Both the position numbers and the translations under genes were made by a program. A stretch of DNA of 47,667 nucleotides from Candidatus Poseidoniia archaeon (GTDB taxonomy: Archaea; Thermoplasmatota; Poseidoniia; MGIII; CG-Epi1). The number at the start of each line of letters is the position of its first letter. Position 1 is the first letter of the stretch. Location: the NCBI GenBank assembly GCA_034399455.1, contig DASCSW010000001.1:1-47667 (forward strand), read 5' to 3'. Under the pieces are notes generated by a model. It searched no databases. It worked only from the letters and a program-made list of their open reading frames with translations, and was not told the DNA's origin. This document shows positions 27,205 through 36,710 of this stretch, piece by piece.

Positions 27205-28634
27205 TTATTCTCTATTTCAGAAACAATTATAGTAACCATAGCTGAACCAATAAGTGCAGATAAAAATACCCCTAAATTAGCAAGGCCATTTTCGTTAATA
27301 GGGTTAGTAAGATAATCTATCCCTGTTTCTAAATCTGAAATAAAAACCCCATAAATTACCACTGAAATTAATCCAAAAACGGCACCTACTAATCCACCAT
27401 TTGCTGTTACTCTATCTGACAAAGATAAGAAAATTGGAAGAACTGTAGCGGCTGCAAATAAATCTGCAACCAAAAATATTCTAAAAATACTGAGTGCATC
27501 GTCTGCATAATGCCAAGCCAAAATAATCGCAATTGGTGCTATCGAAATTACAGCATATCTTGCTTGGGTAATATCCATATTAGAATCAGTTAAGTCTCGA
27601 GACACTACCGCCACAATTGCATTCTGAAGAGTGTCTATACTAGAACATACTAGAGCAATTCCAAGAATTAAAAACATGGATAAAATTAGTTCATTATAAT
27701 CCTTAATTAATTCAAAGAATGCTAATGAAGGATCGAAAATAACACCTCTCCCTGCGGCAACAGTTCCTAAAAAACCAAACAATAATACTGCAATAAAGCA
27801 TAATGCTGATGCTAAAAATGATCCTTTCTGTAATGCTTCATTATCTTTTGAAGACCAAGCTCGTTGCCAATTCCCTTGTGAAAACATTTCAGCTGCAGTT
27901 ATAGCTAATACCAAAGCTAAACCAGCTTCAAATGTCGAATAATCACTTATACTACCATGGTACCAACCCCATTCTATATCTTCAGGAGTATAGGCCTTCG
28001 CATCATCTAAAGTATTTTCAAATCCTTCATTGAAAATAAAGAAAAATATACAAATTATTAACCACATTATGAAAAAAGATTGTATTCGATCTGTCTTAAT
28101 AGAAACAGGAAGACCGCCTATTACTGTGTAAAAAGTTGTAACAATAGCAACATATACTATTGGAATTAAAAAATCAATTCCTGACAAAAATTCAACAGCC
28201 CTACCTATGGCAATATATTCAGCAAACATAAATGTAAACATGTAAAGAATCGAAATGATACCAACGTAAAGTTGCATAGGACGACCCATCTTCTGACGAA
28301 CAAAATCAGCAAGAGTAATACCCTTAGGTGTTAAATCTCTGATTAGAGGGCCTAAATATGCTAATAAAAGAAAAGGAGTTGCTGATGATAGGGCATAACC
28401 AAATACATCATAAAAACCTCCATAATACCCAACCTCAGAAGGTCCAAACAAAATCCATATCCCCATACCTGATGCAAAAAGACTCAAACCAATCATTATC
28501 CAATTTTGACTACCTCTAGCAGATAGGTATTCATCTGTGTCTAGTACTTTGTTACCTGATTCACGAGAACCTAACCAAGCAAAAAACAATAATGAAACTA
28601 CTAACAAAGCATAGCCTAAACCTAAGGAAATCAT
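27195..28634 (-). CDS. Sodium:solute symporter (SSS) family transporter
   Basis: The 479-aa product has about 13 TM segments. It begins with an SSS-like N-terminus (YLSARGSQNWIMIGLSLFASGMGIWILFGPSE) and has GGLPVSIKTDRIQ. It overlaps the HTH-ThiN gene by 4 nt and convergently overlaps TPK by 10 nt. Confidence 0.8.
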   Translation of the reverse strand: MISLGLGYALLVVSLLFFAWLGSRESGNKVLDTDEYLSARGSQNWIMIGLSLFASGMGIWILFGPSEVGYYGGFYDVFGYALSSATPFLLLAYLGPLIRDLTPKGITLADFVRQKMGRPMQLYVGIISILYMFTFMFAEYIAIGRAVEFLSGIDFLIPIVYVAIVTTFYTVIGGLPVSIKTDRIQSFFIMWLIICIFFFIFNEGFENTLDDAKAYTPEDIEWGWYHGSISDYSTFEAGLALVLAITAAEMFSQGNWQRAWSSKDNEALQKGSFLASALCFIAVLLFGFLGTVAAGRGVIFDPSLAFFELIKDYNELILSMFLILGIALVCSSIDTLQNAIVAVVSRDLTDSNMDITQARYAVISIAPIAIILAWHYADDALSIFRIFLVADLFAAATVLPIFLSLSDRVTANGGLVGAVFGLISVVIYGVFISDLETGIDYLTNPINENGLANLGVFLSALIGSAMVTIIVSEIENNQS

Positions 28635-29446
28635 GCCATCTTTTCCATAGATTTAGCTAAATCTTCCACTATCTTACAAACCCTATCTTGGCTATGTCCA
28701 ATAATATACAGTGATGGTTCAAAACCATAACCTCCTTCATCTATCAAAGCTTCAGCCTCTAAGTTAGTCTCACTTATTGACAGATCATCTCCCTTTCTAC
28801 TTAATTTAGCTGAATTCACATCTAGGTTTTTTAACAATCCTGAAATTATGGAATCCCATCGAAGATTAATTATAACTAAAGCATTTGACCCAAGATTTCG
28901 CAAATCAAGAAGCAATTCAGATAGATGTGTAGAAGCACCAAACTTAGGAGAAGAAAGAGAACGTGCTTTACCACCAATAGGTATCAAACGGCCTGGAAAT
29001 GCAACAATATCTGAACTATCTGCAGCATCATTTGAAGCTATAGCAATATTAACTCTTACTTGAGGTGATAAAAGTGGAATTGAATCTTCTAAACGTTTAC
29101 GCATCTCGGCAATTTTAATTAATATTTTTTCCCTAGTATCCTGTACTGGGAAATTTACTACCAACTCTTGATTATCCACTATAATCTTCAAAACCCATCG
29201 AGATACATCTCCCGTTTTTAGTATTTCAGATAGAGAAACTGCTGCTTCCTGCAAATTACTCTCAATAGGCTCATTAAAATGTGTTGGCAAAGTATGCAAA
29301 TAGTTTCCGGCCATCACTTGACTAACTCCCAAGGCTCTGCCAAGATTGGCCTGAGTCCAACCTTCTTCAGACAAAATACGACAAGCCCTTCCCCTTAATT
29401 CCTTGAAAAGATTTCCTGTTAATTCAACCGGCATCATATTAATCAC
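28631..29446 (-). CDS. thiR: ThiR-like protein: N-terminal XRE-type HTH fused to a ThiN (thiamine-phosphate synthase-like) domain
   Basis: The 271-aa product has an HTH segment (WTQANLGRALGVSQVMAGNYL). ThiN-domain blocks follow: VNIAIA...IVAFPGRLIPIGG, PKFGASTHLSELLL, ALVIINLRWD and IDEGGYGFEPSLYIIGHSQDRV. The annotated start is GTG at 29446, with an alternative ATG at 29437. Confidence 0.7.
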   Translation of the reverse strand: MINMMPVELTGNLFKELRGRACRILSEEGWTQANLGRALGVSQVMAGNYLHTLPTHFNEPIESNLQEAAVSLSEILKTGDVSRWVLKIIVDNQELVVNFPVQDTREKILIKIAEMRKRLEDSIPLLSPQVRVNIAIASNDAADSSDIVAFPGRLIPIGGKARSLSSPKFGASTHLSELLLDLRNLGSNALVIINLRWDSIISGLLKNLDVNSAKLSRKGDDLSISETNLEAEALIDEGGYGFEPSLYIIGHSQDRVCKIVEDLAKSMEKMA

Positions 29447-29467
29447 TTATAAGATATGAAAAGGGAG

Positions 29468-29474
29468 TTATAAA
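29468..29474 (-). promoter_or_regulatory. Candidate TATA box (TTTATAA on the minus strand) for the thiR-SSS operon
   Basis: It lies 22-37 nt upstream of the two candidate thiR start codons. It is directly flanked by the imperfect palindrome GTTCGTACAAAC (29475-29486). Confidence 0.3.
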
Positions 29475-29530
29475 GTTCGTACAAACCTTTTAGCAAGGGG
29501 TCTACTAAACTAACTTTAGAGGCATAATAT

Positions 29531-30844
29531 TTGACCAGATTGATACCAATTTCAGATGAAGTTTTAAAAGATATTTTTGATGAAACGGGATTTAATCCAA
29601 ATAACCTTTCTATCCGTGAAACCAATCGTTTAGCAACAATAATAAGCGAAAAAGGAAAAATTGACTTTGTCCGAATGGAAATGGGAATTCCCAATATTCC
29701 GACACCAGATATTGCTAAAGAGGCTGAGAAACAAGCGATAGACAAAGGGCTCCAAGGTATTTATCCTCCATTTGATGGAATACCTAAACTAAAACTAGCC
29801 GGAAGTAAATTCGTTAAAGCATTCTTAGATATTGATGTTGAACCTGAACATGTAATTCCTACTTGTGGATCCTTACAAGGAGGATACATATCTCAAGCCC
29901 TAGCTGGAAATATGTACAAAGGAAAAGATACTATTCTTTACTTAGATCCAACATTTCCTGTAACTAGATACCAAGCAAAATTTTTAGGGTTGAAAAATGA
30001 AGGAATCGAACTTTATGATAACCGGGGAGAAAAATTATTAGAAAGTATCCAAGAAAAAGTTTCTAAAGGTAATATTGGAGGATTACTTTGGTCATCACCC
30101 AACAATCCTAGTTGGTCCTGTTTAACTGAATTTGAACTAAAAGGAATGGCTGAAATCTGCGATAATAATGATGTCTTAGCAATTGAAGATCTTGCATATT
30201 TAGGAATGGATTTTAGAAAAGACTACTCACAACCACATGAAGAACCTTACATCCCTACAATTGGTAAATTTGGTAAAAATTGGGTAACTTTGATTTCATC
30301 TTCAAAAGCATTCTCTTTCCCTGGACCAAGATGTGGACTTGCAATTATTTCACCTGATTTAAATAAACAAGAATTTTCACAATTAGATGAATTTTGTGGA
30401 AGGAAAAGATTTGGGCACGCATTTTCTCTAGGTGGATTATACGTTACCACTTCAGGTACAACACACACTGCCCAATTTGCTTTAGCTAAAATGTTAGAAA
30501 GTTCTACAAACGGCGAATACAATTTTATTAAAATTACAAGTGAATATGGTAAAAGAGCGAAAAAAGTATGTAACATATTTTTGAAATACGGTTTTAAACA
30601 AGTTTACGAAAAAGATATGGATGAAACTGTAGGTAATGGCTTTTACCTGACTATGTCATATCCAAATTATGAAGGTACTGATTTAATGATTGAATTAATG
30701 AAATATGGTATCTCAACAATTACTCTAAAATCAACCGGCTCAAATAGGCATGAAGGATTACGAGTTTGCGTCTCGTTTGTGAGTGAAAAAGATATGCCTC
30801 TTTTAGAAGAAAAATTAAAAAAATTCATGGAGAATAACAAATGA
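29531..30844 (+). CDS. Class I/II PLP-dependent aminotransferase
   Basis: The 437-aa product has the fold-type I pattern, including WSSPNNPSW, IEDLAYLGM and the PLP-lysine block SSSKAFSFPGPRCG. The start codon is TTG. Its stop overlaps the ilvE start (ATGA). Confidence 0.8.
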   Translation: MTRLIPISDEVLKDIFDETGFNPNNLSIRETNRLATIISEKGKIDFVRMEMGIPNIPTPDIAKEAEKQAIDKGLQGIYPPFDGIPKLKLAGSKFVKAFLDIDVEPEHVIPTCGSLQGGYISQALAGNMYKGKDTILYLDPTFPVTRYQAKFLGLKNEGIELYDNRGEKLLESIQEKVSKGNIGGLLWSSPNNPSWSCLTEFELKGMAEICDNNDVLAIEDLAYLGMDFRKDYSQPHEEPYIPTIGKFGKNWVTLISSSKAFSFPGPRCGLAIISPDLNKQEFSQLDEFCGRKRFGHAFSLGGLYVTTSGTTHTAQFALAKMLESSTNGEYNFIKITSEYGKRAKKVCNIFLKYGFKQVYEKDMDETVGNGFYLTMSYPNYEGTDLMIELMKYGISTITLKSTGSNRHEGLRVCVSFVSEKDMPLLEEKLKKFMENNK

Positions 30845-31860
30845 AACCAGACAAAATTGATTTTGATAATTTAACTTTCAGTTTTACGAGAACAAAATCA
30901 ATGTATGTTGCTAAATGTAACCTAGGTGAAGATTGGCAAAATGGTGAATTAATACCATTTGAGAATTTAAGTCTCTCACCGGCTGCAGTTGTACTAAGCT
31001 ATGGTCAAGGTCTCTTTGAAGGCATGAAGGCTTATCAATGGGATAATGGAAAAATTGCAATGTTCCGCCCAGACATGAATGCTAAAAGAGCTGCAAATGG
31101 TTGTACAAGATTATCTATGCCTGAAATTCCTAGTTCACTTTTCCTAAATGCTGTAAAGAGTGTTGTTCGTGATAATTCCGATTATATTCCTAATACAAAA
31201 CAAGGTGCACTTTATGTTAGACCAATTATATTCGGGTCGGGGGAAGGTGTCGGTGTTGCGCCTTCGACAGAATACAGTTTTATAGTTTATGTGAGCCCAG
31301 TGGGTCCTTACTTTAAAGGTAGATTAAAACCAATAAAATTAATAATTACAAACGATTTTCATAGAGCTCCACTCAAAGGAACGGGGGGCGTCAAAGCTAT
31401 TGGAAATTATGTTCCAGGAATGCTACCAAGTAGTTTAGCAAAAGCAAAAGGCTATGCTGAAGTCATATACTTAGATGCAGCCGAAGAAAAATACATAGAA
31501 GAAGTAGGGGCTGCTAATTTCTTTGCTGTAATTGATGGTAAAGTTATAACTCCTGAATTGACAGGATCTATACTTCCTGGAATCACAAGAGCATCGGTTC
31601 TTCACTTGGCTAAAAATAAAATGGGAATAGAAATTGAAGAAAGAAGAATAAGTGTTGATGAAGCATTAACTGCAGATGAATTATTTTGTACAGGTACTGC
31701 TGCAATTGTTGCACCAATTGGATCAATTAACTACCAAGGAAAGGACCATATTTTTTGTGACGGGGAAATTGGAAAAATAACTAGCGAATTGTATAATTAT
31801 CTTACAGGTATACAATTTGGCGATTCTGATGATGAATTCGAGTGGATGACTGAAATATAA
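30841..31860 (+). CDS. ilvE: Branched-chain amino acid aminotransferase (class IV)
   Basis: The 339-aa product has YGQGLFEGMKAY, FRPDMNAKR, YVRPIIFG, GGVKAIGNY, EEVGAANFF, LPGITR and CGTAA. Confidence 0.9.
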   Translation: MKPDKIDFDNLTFSFTRTKSMYVAKCNLGEDWQNGELIPFENLSLSPAAVVLSYGQGLFEGMKAYQWDNGKIAMFRPDMNAKRAANGCTRLSMPEIPSSLFLNAVKSVVRDNSDYIPNTKQGALYVRPIIFGSGEGVGVAPSTEYSFIVYVSPVGPYFKGRLKPIKLIITNDFHRAPLKGTGGVKAIGNYVPGMLPSSLAKAKGYAEVIYLDAAEEKYIEEVGAANFFAVIDGKVITPELTGSILPGITRASVLHLAKNKMGIEIEERRISVDEALTADELFCTGTAAIVAPIGSINYQGKDHIFCDGEIGKITSELYNYLTGIQFGDSDDEFEWMTEI

Positions 31861-31899
31861 CGTAATTTATACCCCTCTCTTCTAGTTTCAATAATACAT

Positions 31900-33201
31900 A
31901 TGACTGATTTAAGCGAAACATTACAACGTAAAATCGAAAATAAAGACGCAAAAATTGGAATAATTGGAATGGGATATGTTGGAATTCCATTAGGCTTAGA
32001 ATTTGCTAATAAAGGATTTATAGTTTTAGGATTTGATAAAGATAATAATAGAGTTAAAGACATAAATTCTGGAAACCAAGTAATGAAGCATATTAAACAA
32101 AAAGAAATGCAACAGTTTATTAAAAATAAAGGTGCCGCAACTAATGATTTCTCAAAAATAAAAAACATGGATTGCTTAATTATTTGTGTTCCTACGCCTT
32201 TAGATGAACATGAACAACCCGATATGAGTTATGTTGAAAGTGCTTCAAAAGAAATTAGTGGAAATTTCCAAAAAGGAAACTTAATAATTCTTGAATCAAC
32301 CACCTACCCTGGAACTACAAAAGAAGTAGTTAAACCAATCTTAGAAAAATCTGGATTAACTGCCGGTAAGGATTTTTTCCTTGCTTATTCTCCTGAAAGA
32401 GAAGATCCTGGGAATAAGGATTTTAATGTTTCTAAAATTCCAAAAGTTATGGGAGGGTTTACAGATAATTGCCTTAAATTGACTAGTACACTCTACAAGA
32501 ATATAGTATCTGATACAGTAGAAGTTAGCTCTATGGAAACTGCTGAATCAACTAAACTAATGGAAAATATATTTCGTGCAGTAAATATTGCAATGGTTAA
32601 TGAATTGAAACTTATATTTTCTCGCATGGATGTCGATATTTGGGAAGTTATTGATGCAGCTAAAACCAAACCTTTTGGATTTATGCCATTTTACCCAGGA
32701 CCTGGGATGGGGGGTCACTGTATTCCTATTGACCCATTCTATCTCTCCTGGAAAGCAAAAGAATACAATACCGAAGCTAAATTTATTGAATTGGCTGGAG
32801 AAATTAATCGGAAAATGACTGAAAATATAGCTCACAGAGTAGGAAAAGCATTAAATGATGATAAAAAAAGCATAAAGGACAGTAAAATAATGATTGTTGG
32901 AGTTGCTTACAAAAAAAATATTGATGATATAAGAGAATCTCCGGCCTTAAGAATAATGGATCTACTTCGTTTCAAGGGTGCCACTATTTTTTACCATGAT
33001 CCTTATGTTAATGAAGTAAATGGAGAACAAAGTCTAGACCTAAATATTCAGAATATTAAAGAACAAGATGCTATTGTTATAACTACAGACCATTCAAACG
33101 TTAACTATGAACTAATTGGTGAACATGCTAAATTAATAGTGGACACAAGAAATGTCATGACGAAATTTAAAAAACCTAATGCTCGTATTTTAAAGGCATA
33201 G
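31900..33201 (+). CDS. Nucleotide-sugar dehydrogenase (UDP-N-acetyl-hexosamine / UDP-glucose 6-dehydrogenase family)
   Basis: The 433-aa product has IGIIGMGYVGIPLG (NAD-binding motif), ICVPTP, ESTTYPGTT, SPEREDPGN and the catalytic Cys block GMGGHCIPIDP, plus VAYKKNIDDIRESPA. Confidence 0.85.
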   Translation: MTDLSETLQRKIENKDAKIGIIGMGYVGIPLGLEFANKGFIVLGFDKDNNRVKDINSGNQVMKHIKQKEMQQFIKNKGAATNDFSKIKNMDCLIICVPTPLDEHEQPDMSYVESASKEISGNFQKGNLIILESTTYPGTTKEVVKPILEKSGLTAGKDFFLAYSPEREDPGNKDFNVSKIPKVMGGFTDNCLKLTSTLYKNIVSDTVEVSSMETAESTKLMENIFRAVNIAMVNELKLIFSRMDVDIWEVIDAAKTKPFGFMPFYPGPGMGGHCIPIDPFYLSWKAKEYNTEAKFIELAGEINRKMTENIAHRVGKALNDDKKSIKDSKIMIVGVAYKKNIDDIRESPALRIMDLLRFKGATIFYHDPYVNEVNGEQSLDLNIQNIKEQDAIVITTDHSNVNYELIGEHAKLIVDTRNVMTKFKKPNARILKA

Positions 33202-33203
33202 GT

Positions 33204-34124
33204 ATGGCTAATTTTCAAACTGTACAAGACAGGATTGCTGAACGTTACAGTGAAATTATTGACGAACCAGCTGATTTTATTAAATCTATAAATAAACCAC
33301 TAAAACAATCTTTTAGAATAAATACAATTAAAGGTAAAAAAGAAGAAATTGTAAATAAAATAAGGGATTATGACTCAAATATAAAAAATGTAAAGTGGTG
33401 TGATAATGCGTTTATATCTAATTTAACAAATCTAGGAAGTAGTATTGAACATTTTTCAGGCCAAATTTATATTCAAGAATTAACTTCGATGATACCTCCA
33501 ATAATAGTCCAGGATTTGCTTCAAAAAAATAGAATTATAGATTGTTGTGCAGCTCCTGGATCTAAAACTACTCAAATTGCAAATATAATGGAGAATAAAG
33601 GACATATAATTGCAAATGATTCAAGGCATGCAAGAATAAAATCATTAAGAGGAAATTTAGATAGATTAGGAATAACAAATACTACAGTAACATTAAGAGA
33701 TTTTCAGTCATTTCCAAACACTGACGCTGAAGTTTACTTTGTTGATGCGCCATGTAGCTCAGAAGGTACTGTAAGGAAAAAAAATGCAGTAACAAGAAAA
33801 TGGAAAGAAAAGGATTATGAAAGATTTAATAAGATTCAAAAAGGTTTATTGAAGAAAGCTTGTCAAATGTCTCCAATCGGAAGCACCGTAGTGTACTCAA
33901 CATGCACCTTTGCACCTGAAGAAAATGAAGATGTCGTAAACTCAATAATCAATGAAGAAAATATGGAACTCAAGAAAATTAGTCTTAATGGAATGAAAAT
34001 GGGTAAGGGAATAACAAATTGGAAAAAAACTGAATATGATGGAAATGTTGAAAAATGTGCTAGAATATGGCCCCACCATAATGATACTGGTGGATTTTTT
34101 ATAGCGAGGATGGAGAAATGTTAA
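33204..34124 (+). CDS. NOL1/NOP2/Sun-family RNA (cytosine-C5)-methyltransferase, catalytic domain
   Basis: The 306-aa product has QELTSMIP, DCCAAPGSKTTQIA (SAM motif I), DAPCSSEGTVRK (motif IV Cys) and YSTCTFAPEENE (motif VI Cys). Confidence 0.85.
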   Translation: MANFQTVQDRIAERYSEIIDEPADFIKSINKPLKQSFRINTIKGKKEEIVNKIRDYDSNIKNVKWCDNAFISNLTNLGSSIEHFSGQIYIQELTSMIPPIIVQDLLQKNRIIDCCAAPGSKTTQIANIMENKGHIIANDSRHARIKSLRGNLDRLGITNTTVTLRDFQSFPNTDAEVYFVDAPCSSEGTVRKKNAVTRKWKEKDYERFNKIQKGLLKKACQMSPIGSTVVYSTCTFAPEENEDVVNSIINEENMELKKISLNGMKMGKGITNWKKTEYDGNVEKCARIWPHHNDTGGFFIARMEKC

Positions 34125-34561
34125 CCTTGCTTGATAAAACTAAAAAAAATATTATTCTTGAATATTGTTCTGAAAGATTTGGTATAAATGATAACGAATT
34201 CACTGATTATAAATGGTACATCGGTTCTAAAAATAGAATTTATATTGGCCCTGAAGAAATTGAAAGAATTAATGCTGAAAGTATAGGTCTCTGTATTTTC
34301 AGATTAGATAAGACCCCGAAACCTACAACAAATTTTATTCAATTATTCGGGGGGAAAATAAAGAAAAATATTGTTGAATTGGATAAAAAAAATACAATGG
34401 CTTTTTGTAACGGACTAAATTTAGAAATAGAAACAAATAATGAACCTGGTTTTGTATCTGTGAATTACAACCAAATTGCTTTAGGCTGTGGACATTGGAA
34501 TGGTAAAATACTTAAAAATCAGATACCAAAATCTAAATTTTGTAAAATAAATTTTCTGTGA
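34118..34561 (+). CDS. RsmF/NSUN-type C-terminal PUA-like domain protein, encoded separately from the methyltransferase
   Basis: The 147-aa product ends GFVSVNYNQIALGCGHWNGKILKNQIPKS. This matches the remembered terminal block of the RsmF/YebU C-terminal domain (G.vlv.y.g.pLG.gK..g..lKN.yPk). It overlaps the upstream methylase CDS by 7 nt in another frame. Confidence 0.6.
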   Translation: MLTLLDKTKKNIILEYCSERFGINDNEFTDYKWYIGSKNRIYIGPEEIERINAESIGLCIFRLDKTPKPTTNFIQLFGGKIKKNIVELDKKNTMAFCNGLNLEIETNNEPGFVSVNYNQIALGCGHWNGKILKNQIPKSKFCKINFL

Positions 34562-34600
34562 CAGGGGTATTACTTAATTATCGGGGTTTATACGTGTTGA

Positions 34601-36709
34601 ATGGGTCAAATGACCTTCGATTTCGAAGATGAAGATGATGAACCTGAAGAACCACAGGTAGAGAAGACTAAAGTAGAAAAAACCGAAATTGAAAAACCTG
34701 TAAAAGAAACTAAAACTAAAGAAAAAAGTAATAAAAAGAAACCCAAGAAGAAGACAAAAGCTCACCAACTTGCCAAGGAGCAAAGAGACATACCTGTTTC
34801 AGAATTCTTTGAACAAAATAGGCATATTCTAGGGTTTGACAATCCAACGCATTCACTAATAACTGCTGTAAAAGAAGGTGTGGACAACAGCCTCGATGCT
34901 TGTGAACAAGCCGGAATTCTTCCAGAATTGAAAGTAGAAATTGGTTCTCTTGGCAAAGATGAACTAAGTATTGCAATTGAAGATAATGGCCCTGGAATAA
35001 TAGAAGAAAATGTACCAAATGTTTTTGGGAGATTGCTATATGGTTCAAGATTTGGAAGTGGAAAACAATCAAGAGGGCAACAAGGTATTGGTATTTCTGC
35101 TGCTATAATGTATGGACAATTAACAACGGGAAGATCTGCAACTGTTTGTACAAGAATATCTGAGGAGCATTTAGCAAGCCGGATAACTATGAAATTAGAT
35201 ACTCGAAATAATAGAGGCAATGTTGAAAGAACGGAAGACTTTGTTTGGAAGGATGAAAATCAAGAACCTAATGAGGATGGAATATATCCTGAAAAATATC
35301 ATGGAACAAGAGTTGAATTTGCAATTAAAGGGCGATATAGAGAAGCTAGACCTTCTGTACTAGAATATCTAAAATCAACTGCAATAGTTAATCCACATGC
35401 AAGAATAATATTCATCAATCCTGATAAAAAAACATTCTTATTTGAAAGGGGAAGTCCTGAACTTCCTAAACTACCAAGCCAAGGAGTTAAGCCCCATCCG
35501 CACGGCGTTGAATTGGGCCAATTGATGAGAATGGCTCATCACAGTAAAGAATATCAAATGGGCAAATTTCTAAGAAAAGATTTGTCATCTATGGGTACTA
35601 AAAGTATTAGTGATGTTTTGATTAAAGCTAGACTAACTCCTTATGTAAGACCTCAAGACATAACAAGATTAGAAGCTAAGGCATTGGTAGAGGCATTCAA
35701 AACTACCTCTATCCGAACACCGACAAGTGGAATTCTAGTGCCAATTGGGCCTAAATTAATTAAACTTGGATTAAAACAGGTTTTGGAAGAATATAGGCCT
35801 GATTTCTATACTTTGCCAATTAGTAGAACACCATCTGTTTTTTCAGGAACGCCATTTCTTGTTGAAGTAGGGATGGTTTATGGAGGTAATCTACCTAAAG
35901 ACCAACCCGTTCAAGTTCTAAGATTTGCGAACAGAGTTCCCTTGCTATATCAGGCAGGAGGATGTGCAATTACAAAAGCAGTTCAAGGAATTAACTGGAG
36001 AACATATGGATTAGAGCAAAAAAAAGGTAAAGGAACTCCAAATGGCCCTGCTATAATTTTGGTACATGTTGCCTCTACAAACATACCCTTTACATCAGAA
36101 GCTAAAGAAGCAATAGCAGATATCGAAGAAATAAAAAAAGAAATTAAGTTAGCATTAAGAAATAATGCAAAGACATTATCAAGACACCTTAAAAAACAAA
36201 AGAAAAGAGCAAAAGTTAGTGAGAAATTTGACTTAGTGCAAAAAGTTTTACCAGCTATTGCTGAAAAAACTTCAAGTGTTGTTGGTAAGCCTGTTCCTAA
36301 CTTAGATAAAGTAGTAGCAGCAATAATGGATGTTGTATGGATTGAAGAAGAAATGAAATTTGAAGATAATCAAATTGAAATTGAAATAAAAATTATTAAT
36401 TATAGATTAAGATCTGCGAACTTTAAGCTGAGGGCTGAAGTCCCAGGACATGAAATACGAGAAGCTGAACCTAGACCTGGAAAACGTGAAGGGAACCATG
36501 TAATTTGGTCTGTTGGGCTTCCAACTACAGAATCTGCAAAATACAAATTTATTATTCCACAAGGCAATCGAAGTAGCTTTGAAGGGCTTGAATTGTGGGT
36601 TGAAGGTATTGATTCAACAAATATCATTGGGGCTGAAAAATGGACTGGAGTAATCGACGATCCTGGAATTGATGAAGCTATAGAAGCTGAAAAACAAGGC
36701 CTAGCCTAG
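34601..36709 (+). CDS. top6B: DNA topoisomerase VI subunit B with a highly charged N-terminal extension
   Basis: The 702-aa product has the GHKL/Bergerat motifs [16 protein letters not shown] and [10 protein letters not shown]. It also has an H2TH region, the transducer block [17 protein letters not shown], and [16 protein letters not shown]. The first 55 aa or so are Asp/Glu then Lys-rich low complexity. Confidence 0.9.
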   Translation: MGQMTFDFEDEDDEPEEPQVEKTKVEKTEIEKPVKETKTKEKSNKKKPKKKTKAHQLAKEQRDIPVSEFFEQNRHILGFDNPTHSLITAVKEGVDNSLDACEQAGILPELKVEIGSLGKDELSIAIEDNGPGIIEENVPNVFGRLLYGSRFGSGKQSRGQQGIGISAAIMYGQLTTGRSATVCTRISEEHLASRITMKLDTRNNRGNVERTEDFVWKDENQEPNEDGIYPEKYHGTRVEFAIKGRYREARPSVLEYLKSTAIVNPHARIIFINPDKKTFLFERGSPELPKLPSQGVKPHPHGVELGQLMRMAHHSKEYQMGKFLRKDLSSMGTKSISDVLIKARLTPYVRPQDITRLEAKALVEAFKTTSIRTPTSGILVPIGPKLIKLGLKQVLEEYRPDFYTLPISRTPSVFSGTPFLVEVGMVYGGNLPKDQPVQVLRFANRVPLLYQAGGCAITKAVQGINWRTYGLEQKKGKGTPNGPAIILVHVASTNIPFTSEAKEAIADIEEIKKEIKLALRNNAKTLSRHLKKQKKRAKVSEKFDLVQKVLPAIAEKTSSVVGKPVPNLDKVVAAIMDVVWIEEEMKFEDNQIEIEIKIINYRLRSANFKLRAEVPGHEIREAEPRPGKREGNHVIWSVGLPTTESAKYKFIIPQGNRSSFEGLELWVEGIDSTNIIGAEKWTGVIDDPGIDEAIEAEKQGLA

Positions 36710-36710
36710 A

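Noticed and set aside
29443-29745. 100-aa minus-strand ORF overlapping the thiR start and the aminotransferase 5' end.
   Set aside because: It is antisense to a well-supported aminotransferase CDS. Its sequence is low-complexity Ile/Ser/Leu-rich, and it has no start context.
31797-32168. Minus-strand ORFs (123 aa and 62 aa) across the ilvE / sugar-dehydrogenase junction.
   Set aside because: They are antisense to two strongly supported genes and have no recognisable motifs.
34574-35220. Minus-strand ORFs 34574-34783 (Phe-rich and apparently hydrophobic), 34716-35072 and 34762-35220.
   Set aside because: They are antisense shadows of top6B. The Phe-rich peptide is simply the complement of the Lys/Glu-rich AAG/GAA codon run in the Top6B N-terminal extension.
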